NCBI GenBank assembly: GCA_021777355.1
Contig: JAJYDO010000001.1
Span: 2,941-66,940, forward strand
DNA length: 64,000 bases
Reading direction: 5' to 3'
From: Actinomycetes bacterium
GTDB taxonomy: Bacteria; Actinomycetota; Acidimicrobiia; Acidimicrobiales; JABEUL01
Shown here piece by piece: positions 21,942 through 31,915 of the stretch. Made by a program: the position numbers and the translations under genes. The notes below the pieces were generated by a model that had not been told where the DNA came from, made no database searches, and saw nothing but the letters and a program-made list of their open reading frames with translations. Within the stretch, counting starts at the first letter, position 1, and each line of letters begins with the position of its first letter.

Positions 21942-22892
21942 ATGATTATGTCACCGAGTATGAGGCGTTTCCTGAATAGAGTTAGATATAATCGCCTGAT
22001 CTCCTTGATTTTGAGAACTATTGGCAAGCCAGTTTCCCAGATATCGGAATCTCTCGCCCTTCAGTTGCGGCGGAAGGTATGGATTAATGGGTGTACGGTT
22101 GGCTTTGACGGCTTAGATCTTGTTTTCCCACCCGATGTTGGAGTTGACTTTGCAACCTCAATATACTGGAACGGCAAGGAGGGATATGAGCCTGAGGTTT
22201 GGAATACGTTAAGGCCTATTCTCGAGAACTTAACTAGGTTTGCTGATATTGGAGCCAACATAGGATTTTATTCGGTATTGGCTTCTCGGTTAAATGCTAA
22301 AATGCAGATTTGGGCTTTTGAGCCTGTGCCTAAAATCGCCTCGAAATGCCGGAAATTCCTTGCAGCTAATAATGCGGACAATGTGAAACTTTATGAGTTA
22401 GCGTTATCTGACTCAGAGGGAGAAGCAGTACTTTACCTTCCAGAGTCCTCCTATGTCGAAGAGGAAAAAACAGGGACAATCCGATTGGATTCATGGCAAG
22501 CTAAAAGACCAAATGCCATGCATATTGAAGTTGCCACAAAAACTTTTGATTCGTTGTGCAGCGGCGCTAATTGGTTCCCACAAGCAATAAAAATTGATGT
22601 GGAAGACTTTGAGTCAAGCGTGTTAAGAGGCATGAATGATTTGTTGAGAATTCATAGACCACTAATCGTATGCGAAGTGCTCCCGCGTGACCACTTAAAT
22701 AATGACACGCTTTCAATTTTGAAGGAATACGAGTACGCGATATATGCCATCACTCGCGATGGGCTATTTAAACAAACTTCTTTTCACCTTAGCCGTCGAT
22801 TTACTGACTTTTTATTTGTTCCAGACTTATATTTTCACGAGTACATTCCGTATTCGGATATGACACCTTTAATCCAGTTTCTAAAGAAATAA
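21942..22892 (+). CDS. FkbM-family methyltransferase
   Basis: FADIGANIGFYS, WAFEPVP and IKIDVEDFESSVLRG blocks are typical of FkbM methyltransferases. Confidence 0.8.
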   Translation: MIMSPSMRRFLNRVRYNRLISLILRTIGKPVSQISESLALQLRRKVWINGCTVGFDGLDLVFPPDVGVDFATSIYWNGKEGYEPEVWNTLRPILENLTRFADIGANIGFYSVLASRLNAKMQIWAFEPVPKIASKCRKFLAANNADNVKLYELALSDSEGEAVLYLPESSYVEEEKTGTIRLDSWQAKRPNAMHIEVATKTFDSLCSGANWFPQAIKIDVEDFESSVLRGMNDLLRIHRPLIVCEVLPRDHLNNDTLSILKEYEYAIYAITRDGLFKQTSFHLSRRFTDFLFVPDLYFHEYIPYSDMTPLIQFLKK

Positions 22893-23164
22893 TAGAATTA
22901 ATTACATTTCAATCTAAATAATAAAATGCACGATCAAAAACGCTAAGCTTCTTGCTGCCAAAATAATTTAACAAGACTTTAATAAACCTTAGTTTTAAAT
23001 GGCGCAAATATCCAAAAGGTTTTTGGCCAAAGCATCGTAATCGGAATATTTACTGCTGCCTACTAATTATTTGCTCTATTTACTCCATTGGCTGCCCCTG
23101 GCGGGCATGCTGCCCCAGAAGAACTGTGTGCAATCTAAATATATAACCTGTTGGATATGCATTG

Positions 23165-24355
23165 CTAATGAAATGAATCCAGGCTCGAGCCATGGGATTC
23201 AATAATCTTTACGAGTTCGATGGCATTTCTATCCCAGCTAAACTGGCTTGCAATTTTGGACGCATTTTCACCAAGTTTATGACTTAAACTTGGGTTTTCA
23301 ATAAGTCTCTCCCATGCCTCTGCTACCGATTTGGAGTCTTTAGGCGGAACAAGTAGAGATGCAACTTCGTTAGGTAGATTGAATGCGGGACCTGTGTCGA
23401 CACATGCTATTACCGGTTTTCTCATACTTGCGGCCTCTAAGTGGGCTAGCCCAAATGCCTCAGGATAACTGGGAAGGGAAAAAATGTCGCAGCTATCTAT
23501 GTAGTTTCCAATTTCATTTCGGTCGATTAAACCATAAAATCGTGTGTAATTTGCTATTCCTAAATGGGCTGCAGTTTTCTTCAGCATATTTCTCAACGGG
23601 CCGTCGCCGACTATCCAGTAAGTGACGTCGAACCCTTTTTTACGCAATATTGACACCGCCTCTAAATTTGACTTGATTCCCTTTCCAGATTTCAAAGTAC
23701 CGATTGAAAGTATTAACGTCCCTGATGGTTTTTCAAGTTTCTTAATCGCTCGAGGAATGGTCAGTCCATTCGGGATTACTTTTCCTCTATCTTTTATCCA
23801 TCCTGGAATGTCGATTCCATCCCCAACCATGACAATGCTACTGGCTTTCGAGGCGCAAATGCTTTGAACTTTTTGACCTCGGCGATTTAGAGAACTCTTT
23901 GAATCGCCCCCGCCATGAACGACGTATATAAATGGAAGATCGATATTTTCGAAAGTGTCTGCAAATATTGCCCCCATTATTTCGCCATGGACTATTGCAG
24001 CATCGAATTGTTTTTCTCTAAGGGAATACCGGTATTTTCTTGTCTGCAACTTGGCTGCCTGAACCCAGGCCAACAGATCAACTCTTCCAGGCACTGCAAG
24101 GATTGGAATTTCAATAACCGAATTAAGTGGCTCGAGATCGGGCCTGTTGCCAAAATCTGGGTTTTTCCATTTACTTCCTGGCATGAAAGACCACAACAAT
24201 GGTCTAATTACAACTAAATCTACTTGGACCCCAAGATTTGCGATCGCTACTGCCTGGTCTCTAACGAATGCATGCTGCGGATCGTCTGGAGTTACTGGTA
24301 TTGTATTTGAAACCACTAGTATTTTGAGATTTGAATGTATATTCATTGACATCAA
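23165..24355 (-). CDS. Glycosyltransferase family 4 (GT-B), paralog of 20289..21473
   Basis: EX7E motif EAFGLAHLEAASMRKPVI. The N-terminal half aligns by eye with the other GT4 (LVVSN/LVVTN, FVRDQA/FIRDQA, YWIVGDGPLR/YWIIGDGPLR). Confidence 0.88.
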   Translation of the reverse strand: MMSMNIHSNLKILVVSNTIPVTPDDPQHAFVRDQAVAIANLGVQVDLVVIRPLLWSFMPGSKWKNPDFGNRPDLEPLNSVIEIPILAVPGRVDLLAWVQAAKLQTRKYRYSLREKQFDAAIVHGEIMGAIFADTFENIDLPFIYVVHGGGDSKSSLNRRGQKVQSICASKASSIVMVGDGIDIPGWIKDRGKVIPNGLTIPRAIKKLEKPSGTLILSIGTLKSGKGIKSNLEAVSILRKKGFDVTYWIVGDGPLRNMLKKTAAHLGIANYTRFYGLIDRNEIGNYIDSCDIFSLPSYPEAFGLAHLEAASMRKPVIACVDTGPAFNLPNEVASLLVPPKDSKSVAEAWERLIENPSLSHKLGENASKIASQFSWDRNAIELVKIIESHGSSLDSFH

Positions 24356-24429
24356 TTTGTTAAGGTATTGGGAATCGTTTACTCATTCCCAAGATCAATG
24401 TTATATGGCATTAGGAAGGTTTAATTATT

Positions 24430-25842
24430 TTGTCGAAAGAAAGCACCCCTCGCACTGTAGTTATAGGTCTTGACTGTGCTACCCCGCAGCTGTTTTTCGA
24501 AAAACTTTCTCAAGAGCTTCCCAATATTTCGGCACTGGTTAAAAGCGGGGCTTCTGGCAATTTAGCTAGTGTTGCTCCACCAATAACAGTTCCGGCATGG
24601 GCATGCGCTATGACGGGAAGAAACCCAGGCCAATTGGGTATTTACGGTTTTCGAAACAGGTGTGATCATTCTTATGACGGGCTGTCTATTGCCACTTCTC
24701 AAAGCATTCGCGAAAAAGCTCTCTGGGACCAACTCGGTGAAAAAAACCTTAAGTCATTGCTGATCGGGGTTCCGCCCTCTTACCCTCCGTCAGAAATCAA
24801 CGGATGGAGGGTATCTTGTTTCTTAACTCCCCCAATGGCCAAATCAACAACGTGGCCGCCTGAACTCGCCCTTGAGGTAGAAAAAGAGGTCGGAGATTAT
24901 ATATATGACATTCCAGACTTCCGAATGGCCGGCGAGGAGAGGGTTCTTCGAGATATTCATTCAATGACCACCAAGCGGTTTCAAGTTGCTTCAAAACTAG
25001 CAACTACTAAACCGTGGGATTTCATGATGGTTTGCGAGATTGCCTTAGACAGATTGCACCACGTGTTTTGGCAGCATTGCGATCCAAGCCACCCACTTTA
25101 TGTAGCTGGCAATCCCTACGAAAGTGCTTTCGTCGATTACTATCGACACCTCGATGACCAAGTTGGGAAATTTCTTTCCGTTTTGCCTCAAGACGCGGTT
25201 GTGATTGTAATGTCTGACCATGGTGCAAGACCAATGCTTGGAGGGGTATGCGTGAATGAATGGTTGATCAGAAATAACTATCTAACACTCAACTCTTCTG
25301 TGGAGAAGCCTTCTAAACTAAATGAACTTTCTATCAACTGGAACAAGACCAAGGCCTGGGCCGATGGTGGATATTATGGTCGTCTATTTTTAAACGTTAA
25401 AGGTCGCGAGCCAAACGGATTAATCGATCAAAGCGACTATGAGAAAGTAAGGGATGAATTGATTCAAGCATTTGAAGAAATGCCGGGGCCCAGCGGAGAA
25501 TATCTTGGCACCAAAGTGCATCGTCCCGAAGATCTTTACGGTGTAGTCAATGGAATAGCGCCGGATCTAATTATTTATTTTGGAGATCTCTCGTGGAGAA
25601 GCGTTGGAACTGTAGGTCTAGGTGATCTTTTTACGGCTGAGAATGACACTGGTCCAGATGGGGCCAACCATGACAAAGAAGGAATTCTCGCAGTAAAGGG
25701 GTTACCGGGTTTGGCTCCTGGGAAGAAAGTGGCGGCTAACCTCGTTGATATTGGACCAACCTTAATGTCGCTTTACGGATGTGAAATCCCTGAAGGGGTA
25801 GTGGGGAAAGACCTGCTATCGCAAAAAAACTTTTTTAACTGA
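24430..25842 (+). CDS. Type I phosphodiesterase / nucleotide pyrophosphatase (alkaline-phosphatase superfamily) protein, cytoplasmic
   Basis: VVIGLDCATP (metal Asp), PPITVPAWACAMTG (nucleophile Thr position) and VIVMSDHG. No signal peptide or TM segment. TTG start. Confidence 0.75.
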   Translation: MSKESTPRTVVIGLDCATPQLFFEKLSQELPNISALVKSGASGNLASVAPPITVPAWACAMTGRNPGQLGIYGFRNRCDHSYDGLSIATSQSIREKALWDQLGEKNLKSLLIGVPPSYPPSEINGWRVSCFLTPPMAKSTTWPPELALEVEKEVGDYIYDIPDFRMAGEERVLRDIHSMTTKRFQVASKLATTKPWDFMMVCEIALDRLHHVFWQHCDPSHPLYVAGNPYESAFVDYYRHLDDQVGKFLSVLPQDAVVIVMSDHGARPMLGGVCVNEWLIRNNYLTLNSSVEKPSKLNELSINWNKTKAWADGGYYGRLFLNVKGREPNGLIDQSDYEKVRDELIQAFEEMPGPSGEYLGTKVHRPEDLYGVVNGIAPDLIIYFGDLSWRSVGTVGLGDLFTAENDTGPDGANHDKEGILAVKGLPGLAPGKKVAANLVDIGPTLMSLYGCEIPEGVVGKDLLSQKNFFN

Positions 25843-25848
25843 ATTTTC

Positions 25849-27423
25849 TCAGTCTAAATATCCGAGCGATTGCAGATGCGCCTCCATTGCAAAACGCTCC
25901 TCGTCGCTCAATTCCTTATTTGCCGATTGGGAATTCTTAATGGATTCTTCTACACTCTTAAGATTTTCAGCATTTACGGAAGATATCCAATCAATAGATT
26001 TGCCTTCTAAATGGCCAGGACTAGCTATCCCTGCAAGGTTCAATAATGTCGGCAAAATATCTACCATCTCACTTGATTCATGCAAGCCACTTTTAACTCC
26101 CGGGCCCTTGGCAATCAAAATTCCTTTCATATGATGCACTGCTTCAACATCTCCAGAAGGGAGCACTTCAAGCTCGGATCCCACTTCGCTAGTTAGTATC
26201 CAATCATCATTGGGCAGTATTACAAGATCAGGAATAGTTGCCCCACTTTGAGTACCAAAAAGATCCAATCCTGTTTGAACTGATTTAAATGGACAATCTG
26301 CCCCGTCAATTTTTTGACAATTTTCAACGCCTTCAATTATCTTGTTTATGATTTCTGCTTTGTCCGTGGCATCTGGACTAATAAAAAGATAGCTTGCCCT
26401 TCCATCAACGGTTGGAGACCAGACCAAAGTGTTATTTGGATTCGCAGTCAGCGGAAGATATTCGGGAATGGATCTGAATTTCTTAACTGTATTGGATATC
26501 CTATCTTTGATGTTTGTAGGAATGTAAGCTGCAATTTTGTGCTGTAAATCCAAAGTTTTTGCAGATGTTGGCGACTTTACGCCTATCTTTTCCAACCAAC
26601 GCACTATATTGAGGCGCTTACCGCTGTCAAATCCGTGGTCAGATACGCACATTAAGTAACCGTCTTCACCGAGCCAGTCAAGTACCTGGCCAAGCTGTAG
26701 ATCAGTTTCTCTCCAACATCTTTCAAGCTCAGATTCACCTTTTCCAGTTTGTGAGAGTTTTCTTAAAGCTTCAAAATCCATATGGGAAACTCGGTCGGGA
26801 ATCACGTTGACACAAACTAATACGTCCAAAGAGTCCAGATGCTCTGAAAGGAAATGTCTTCTCATTTCTACCTGGTCGCCTAATTGGGTAAGGTATTTGC
26901 TTCTCTGGTCCATGTCATGTCTAAGTGCTTGAGAATGGATATCTTTTACGACTTCTGGCAGCCATCTTGGATAATTATCCAACAGTCCGGGTGGGCTGTA
27001 CATTCGGTCTGAATTAGGTGGAGCCATAATCCCACCGGTGAAAAATCCTTTTATATCTGGCGCAGGAAATCCAAGCGGGATGTCGATGCAGCCAACTTCA
27101 AGTCCTATTTCACCATAAAAGTCCCATAACATGGGTATTTTGCCGAATGGAACAAAACTAAAGGGATCCTCTGCATCATCTCTCCATGGCAGCCAAGGGC
27201 TGACTTGCCTCCAATAGAGAACCCCATGAGTTTTGGGAGAGACTCCTGACCAACAAGTAACCCAAGAAGGAACTGTGTAGATTGGAACAGTTGAGTTAAG
27301 CACTCCCCTACCAGCGGTTTTTAATAATTTGGCCATATTCGGCATTAAACCGCAAGATGCCAGACCTTCTAAAATCTCAAACGAAGCGCCATCAAGACCA
27401 AAAACTGCAATACGACTTGCCAC
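25849..27423 (-). CDS. Type I phosphodiesterase / nucleotide pyrophosphatase (alkaline-phosphatase superfamily) protein, diverged paralog of 24430..25842
   Basis: IAVFGLDGASF, VPIYTVPSWVTCWSG and LMCVSDHGFD. No signal peptide. Its stop lies 6 nt from the stop of the convergent paralog. Confidence 0.75.
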   Translation of the reverse strand: MASRIAVFGLDGASFEILEGLASCGLMPNMAKLLKTAGRGVLNSTVPIYTVPSWVTCWSGVSPKTHGVLYWRQVSPWLPWRDDAEDPFSFVPFGKIPMLWDFYGEIGLEVGCIDIPLGFPAPDIKGFFTGGIMAPPNSDRMYSPPGLLDNYPRWLPEVVKDIHSQALRHDMDQRSKYLTQLGDQVEMRRHFLSEHLDSLDVLVCVNVIPDRVSHMDFEALRKLSQTGKGESELERCWRETDLQLGQVLDWLGEDGYLMCVSDHGFDSGKRLNIVRWLEKIGVKSPTSAKTLDLQHKIAAYIPTNIKDRISNTVKKFRSIPEYLPLTANPNNTLVWSPTVDGRASYLFISPDATDKAEIINKIIEGVENCQKIDGADCPFKSVQTGLDLFGTQSGATIPDLVILPNDDWILTSEVGSELEVLPSGDVEAVHHMKGILIAKGPGVKSGLHESSEMVDILPTLLNLAGIASPGHLEGKSIDWISSVNAENLKSVEESIKNSQSANKELSDEERFAMEAHLQSLGYLD

Positions 27424-28091
27424 TCGCCGATATTATCTCGCATTTGAAGGACTCTCCATCATTATTGTGAAGTTGTTGCAAATAAATGCTTTTTACATGA
27501 TGCACTTTTCTTTTCCCTCGACTTATTGCCACTTGTGACAATTTAATAATGCACAACCGACAAACCTGACTGCGGGATACTAAAGAATCTCATAACGCAG
27601 GACACTCTCAATTTCCGGCAAACATTTAATTCTTCACTTTAATCAACCTGGAGAAGTCACCTAGAAATCTAAATCCGAGAATATCTTGGTAATCGGCAAG
27701 CTGATGAAATTAGGCAATAGTAGCAACAAGACCAGTTAAAACAAAGTTGCACTACGGCGCTGGTGCCTTAAGCAATAGAAAAAATGGCCGCAGTTGTAAG
27801 CCAATGAAAATGGGCAGGAAATAAAAGTATTTTCCGAATTTCTTAGAAGATGGCAAAATCAATTTTGTCCGTGGGCCCTCGGGGGAGATTTCGACTATGG
27901 ATAATAAGGAACACGTAGAAGCGGTGCTTTGAAAGGAGGCATATTGCCACAATAAGACGACTCCAAGAGGCGGACACTGATTGAATCGCCAATTCCATCC
28001 TCAACTCAATTAAAGGTGCCAAATTGAAGTCTCTGATTCCATGCAACGTTATGCCTATAATGGAGTTGAAGATCGGCAATGGTTCCCCTAA

Positions 28092-29114
28092 ATGATATCC
28101 CGAGGTAGGATTTTCACGCTGGAATCGTGCCGGCGTTGTCGTCAGGAGGATCATGAGGTGAATAACAAGTCATTATTTGACGATCTTCGACTTGAACTCG
28201 AGCGCGGTAACTCAATGGCAGTTGGGAGCGCTTTCCACAGAGTTCTTGTGGACGAACTCACATCTGGAAACCCTTATCTAAATTCAACAGAGTTTGAGAT
28301 GCTCAGGAAGCACTACCCGAATATCATGAATGGAAGCCGCCAACTCTGGCTAAGAGACGTGTATGCAAAAAGAAGATCCTACACCCTTGAATGCATTCGG
28401 AATGATGAGCGGGCAATGGTTTTAGATGCTGGATGTGGATTTGGCTCCGACAGTTTTCTTTTTGCTTCTCTAGGCGCCTCTGTGACGGGAATCGATATTT
28501 CCGATGACCAAATTCAAATTGCCGAAAAACGAAAGAGATATTATGAAGAAGGACTTTCCCAGGAACTGGTAGTAAAGTTCGAATCTGCAAATCTCGATCA
28601 ATACCGATCAGATCTTGACAATTTGTCATTGACATGGTTTGCAAGCGTCTTGGCGGCCGTTAGCGATCAGGACTCATTGTTTTCTTGGTTAAATCAATTA
28701 ACACGGCCCGGTGGACGTGTTGTCGTGACTGACATGAACTTACGAAACCCATTCTTTTCTTCCAGAGAATGGTTACGCCGCCAGAAGGCCAAAAGGCGAA
28801 ATCCGGAATTTGCCGCTAGTGCCAATTTTGGAGCTATGTTCCGCCGGACTGGACGCGTAGGCGCTAGGTATTTTCCGAGAGAAAATTCCGATAGTCAAAA
28901 AGGATTTGTCTTTGATGATGTCCAGTTCTTTACGCCAAATACATGTGCGAAACTTATGATAAATTCAGGATTCCGCGTTGAAACGGTTGATTATTCTGCT
29001 TGTACGCCACCTCTTCCAAGTGAATCTTTGACTGTTGCGGCAGAGAGGACCACCGGTGCTGTGCCAGGATTGAGATCTTTAGGTTATTTCTATACTGTCG
29101 TCGGTTCGAAGTGA
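28092..29114 (+). CDS. Class I SAM-dependent methyltransferase
   Basis: VLDAGCGFGSDS (motif I), GIDISDDQI and RPGGRVVVTDMN. A better start may be GTG 28158, which sits 10 nt after AGGAGG (28144-28149). Confidence 0.8.
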   Translation: MISRGRIFTLESCRRCRQEDHEVNNKSLFDDLRLELERGNSMAVGSAFHRVLVDELTSGNPYLNSTEFEMLRKHYPNIMNGSRQLWLRDVYAKRRSYTLECIRNDERAMVLDAGCGFGSDSFLFASLGASVTGIDISDDQIQIAEKRKRYYEEGLSQELVVKFESANLDQYRSDLDNLSLTWFASVLAAVSDQDSLFSWLNQLTRPGGRVVVTDMNLRNPFFSSREWLRRQKAKRRNPEFAASANFGAMFRRTGRVGARYFPRENSDSQKGFVFDDVQFFTPNTCAKLMINSGFRVETVDYSACTPPLPSESLTVAAERTTGAVPGLRSLGYFYTVVGSK

Positions 29115-31915
29115 AATTATTTAAAAACGAGGTCTCGAGAACTTTAATAATATCGCGCATCGCAATATACCTTGCCGCCGAAGTGATTTTTATAGTCGCT
29201 AACATGCTTCCGCAAACTATTCGAACAGCAATGTGGAGGCTAGTCCTTCGGATGAATCCTTATCATGTCCTCGCGGCGCTGAACGCTGCAGCTGACCTTG
29301 AGGATCGAAATGGCTTGGATTCGTTTGAAATATTTCATCAAGCGCTTGGGGCGATGAGAAATATAGAGAAAATTTCCGCACCTGATCTCGCTGTGGCTTG
29401 GTATCCGGGCGAGAAGGTTTGGCTGCATGTTGTGAAAGTGTTATTGGGTCATGTTGGCTCGGATGTTGGATTGAAGGCAAGGGACGAAGCTACCGCTAAA
29501 ATGATTGTTGAACTTTCACAAAAATACCTAACCAGTGCCCAAAAAGCCAATAGATGGGACATCGCCGAGGAGGCTTTGGCAACATTCGAATCTATTGGTG
29601 GCACTAACTTGGAGTGTAGTTGGGCACGAATTGAAATCGAATGGAGACGCGGTTCATTGCTCTGGATCGATTTACTTGCTCAGATGTGCGAGCAGGGTTC
29701 CTTTCTTGATCCACGTGACCCTATTGAATGGGCCGAACGATCCCAGGAAATTGGCGAGCTTAATCTAGCGGAGGCGTGCCTTGTTTGGGCGAAATCTTGG
29801 CTTCCTGAGTATCCCAAAACTTGGCGAGTGTCAGCAAAAACAAAAAAAGCTTTAGGCAAGATGGAGGAAGCTCGAAGGCACCTGGAAAGAGCTTTGACAC
29901 TTGATCCCGGCGATATCCACGCATTTATAATGTGGCTTTGCCTAAAAGAGGATTCAGGCATTGGACTTGAACCGAGTTCGGAGATGAGTATTAGTCTTGA
30001 CATTTCTGGCGATACAGGACTTGGTTCGGAATTCGAAGTAATTTGTTTTGTTAAAGGTGCATCTCTGGAAGGTCGGATCTATCTTATTCCCCCTACCGGC
30101 TGGGGACTTGTTCCACTTGAAAACAACAAAGGAATTCAGAGCTCTGAAGCACGTTTTAATGTACTAGCAGCGCGGCCCGACAGGATCAATAAAGGGCCAT
30201 GGCTACTTCAAGCGATAGTGGTTGATCAAGGTTGTTATGCAGCGACAACTTGTGAAGTGAATGTAAACGATCCAACCCCTGGAAATATTCTAGTGGCAGT
30301 TACCGAAGATCACGAGTTTCAAGAAGAGCGGGGAGAGCTATTAGTCGACGATCTAAAGGCGCTATTTTTAGATAAGGCTAGATTGACTGCATCGCTGGGT
30401 GTGCCAATCACGCGTATGGTCGAAGTGGGATCAGCTATAAAGACGCTGCGCTGGGCCGAAAATACCTCATTGGATTCTAGGTGGGGTGATTTACAAAGGG
30501 AAGTGGAATGCGAATTGGCTGATGAGGTAATCCGAGGACTGGATGTCCAACCTCATTTACATGCATTTAACGATCCTGAATTCGATCATTTTCCATATGG
30601 CGTACTATCTGATCGCTTGGTACTATCCGATAAGTTTCTCAATACATCTTGGAATCTCAGAGGTGACTGGGCATCCGTTTCTTCACCTCCAGAACGAAAT
30701 CTAAAATCGAAAACCGATCGTCTGGCTTCTGCAGAACGTACAATAAGCGAAGTCGAACGAATCGGCTATCTCTCGGATCCTGATTATGCCGCATTGGTAT
30801 GGCGAAGTGGCCTATTGGAATTTGGAGAAGACCCGGTAAGCAGATTATGGTCAACAGTGGCACTTTTGCGAGCTGGCCTACTCGCCGATAGTGATGTACT
30901 GGCACCGTCGGAAGACAGCTTGTTCAAAAAGCAAGCTTCGGGTTTCGCGGCGAGTTGGAACGACCCATTCCAAGAAGGAGCGAACGGACCAATCTTGCAG
31001 TTGCCAATAGCTCAGAATTTGGAAGGCAGTTATATGAGCAGTGCACGCACATTGGCGCGTCGGGTGCGGCAACTAATTGATAATGAACGTGACTCAGGGG
31101 TAATCCGTCCAGGAGTACACGTCTTTACTCTCCTGACACATGACAAGTTAATAAACAGTAGGCATGGGCGTGACGTGGATAGTCTGGATGCAAGATATGG
31201 TGATTGGCCTGTGATTTTGGATCATATAGACACCTGGAAAGCTGAAGGGGCCCGCTTCGCAACTGCAAGAGAGTCAGTGCTTGCCCTTGCCTCCGATCTT
31301 TTATTTAGGCCGTCAGCATTGCTGCGTGGACTCACGTATATAGTTTCGCCAAAAGGTTTAACGGGCATAAAGTTTATGTTGTGCACGACAGGAGCCAAAC
31401 CAAACACAAATTCTCTCCACCCAATCCATCTGATGGCCGTGATCCCGCCTGTCTTTCGAGAATTTATAGATGGGGTCAGAGTCATTACCCAAAATGGGCA
31501 TGGGGAATCTGAGATCGACGAAAAGCCGGTTGAGCTAGGATCCGATCGCATATGGGTACAGGTTGGGAATGTTTCTTATCCAATTTCCTGCTTCTTTTCG
31601 TTAAATGGGAAGCAAGATCTATTGACTAGTGATTGGAAGCAAATTAAAGAGGGAAGTGAAGTAGTGGTGACCCTGGAGGCAAAGATAGCTAAAGCCAGAG
31701 TAGAGGTTTTGATCGGCCAGAATGACCTTGCAAATGCTGGACTATTGGGGGACTTAGCAGTATGCAACGAAACAGATACTCTAGTTCCCTCCGAGCAAGT
31801 TGCCGAAGGCTTGAGAATTGGTCCATTAGAATTAGCGGGGTCTAACAAAAATAATAAAAGCATGTGTAAATTGATCGTGCGCCAGGCCGATTCCAGAAAT
31901 ATTAAAGCACTATGA
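29111..31915 (+). CDS. 934-aa orphan protein: N-terminal TM helix, helical/TPR-like region, beta-rich module, possible divergent deacetylase-like barrel
   Basis: The long ORF has GTGA overlap with the upstream methyltransferase and ATGA overlap with the downstream GT. Residues ~10-31 are hydrophobic. EEARRHLERALTLDPGD looks TPR-like. VAVTEDHE, QPHLHAF and FTLLTHDK loosely recall NodB/CE4 motifs, but this is weak. Confidence 0.7.
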   Translation: MKLFKNEVSRTLIISRIAIYLAAEVIFIVANMLPQTIRTAMWRLVLRMNPYHVLAALNAAADLEDRNGLDSFEIFHQALGAMRNIEKISAPDLAVAWYPGEKVWLHVVKVLLGHVGSDVGLKARDEATAKMIVELSQKYLTSAQKANRWDIAEEALATFESIGGTNLECSWARIEIEWRRGSLLWIDLLAQMCEQGSFLDPRDPIEWAERSQEIGELNLAEACLVWAKSWLPEYPKTWRVSAKTKKALGKMEEARRHLERALTLDPGDIHAFIMWLCLKEDSGIGLEPSSEMSISLDISGDTGLGSEFEVICFVKGASLEGRIYLIPPTGWGLVPLENNKGIQSSEARFNVLAARPDRINKGPWLLQAIVVDQGCYAATTCEVNVNDPTPGNILVAVTEDHEFQEERGELLVDDLKALFLDKARLTASLGVPITRMVEVGSAIKTLRWAENTSLDSRWGDLQREVECELADEVIRGLDVQPHLHAFNDPEFDHFPYGVLSDRLVLSDKFLNTSWNLRGDWASVSSPPERNLKSKTDRLASAERTISEVERIGYLSDPDYAALVWRSGLLEFGEDPVSRLWSTVALLRAGLLADSDVLAPSEDSLFKKQASGFAASWNDPFQEGANGPILQLPIAQNLEGSYMSSARTLARRVRQLIDNERDSGVIRPGVHVFTLLTHDKLINSRHGRDVDSLDARYGDWPVILDHIDTWKAEGARFATARESVLALASDLLFRPSALLRGLTYIVSPKGLTGIKFMLCTTGAKPNTNSLHPIHLMAVIPPVFREFIDGVRVITQNGHGESEIDEKPVELGSDRIWVQVGNVSYPISCFFSLNGKQDLLTSDWKQIKEGSEVVVTLEAKIAKARVEVLIGQNDLANAGLLGDLAVCNETDTLVPSEQVAEGLRIGPLELAGSNKNNKSMCKLIVRQADSRNIKAL

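Noticed and set aside
24430-27423. Idea that the two alkaline-phosphatase-fold proteins are PglZ domains of a BREX-like phage defence system
   Set aside because: Their motifs (GLDxA, TVPxW, SDHG) and sizes fit the nucleotide pyrophosphatase/phosphodiesterase family. No other BREX components (PglX methylase, BrxC ATPase, BrxL) are present, and the neighbours are glycan enzymes.
27752-28154. Minus-strand ORFs 27752..27952 and 27843..28154, and plus-strand ORFs 34373..34675, 34751..34960, 48612..48846
   Set aside because: These are short ORFs in AT-rich spacers with low-complexity translations and no start-site context or motifs. There is not enough support to call them genes.
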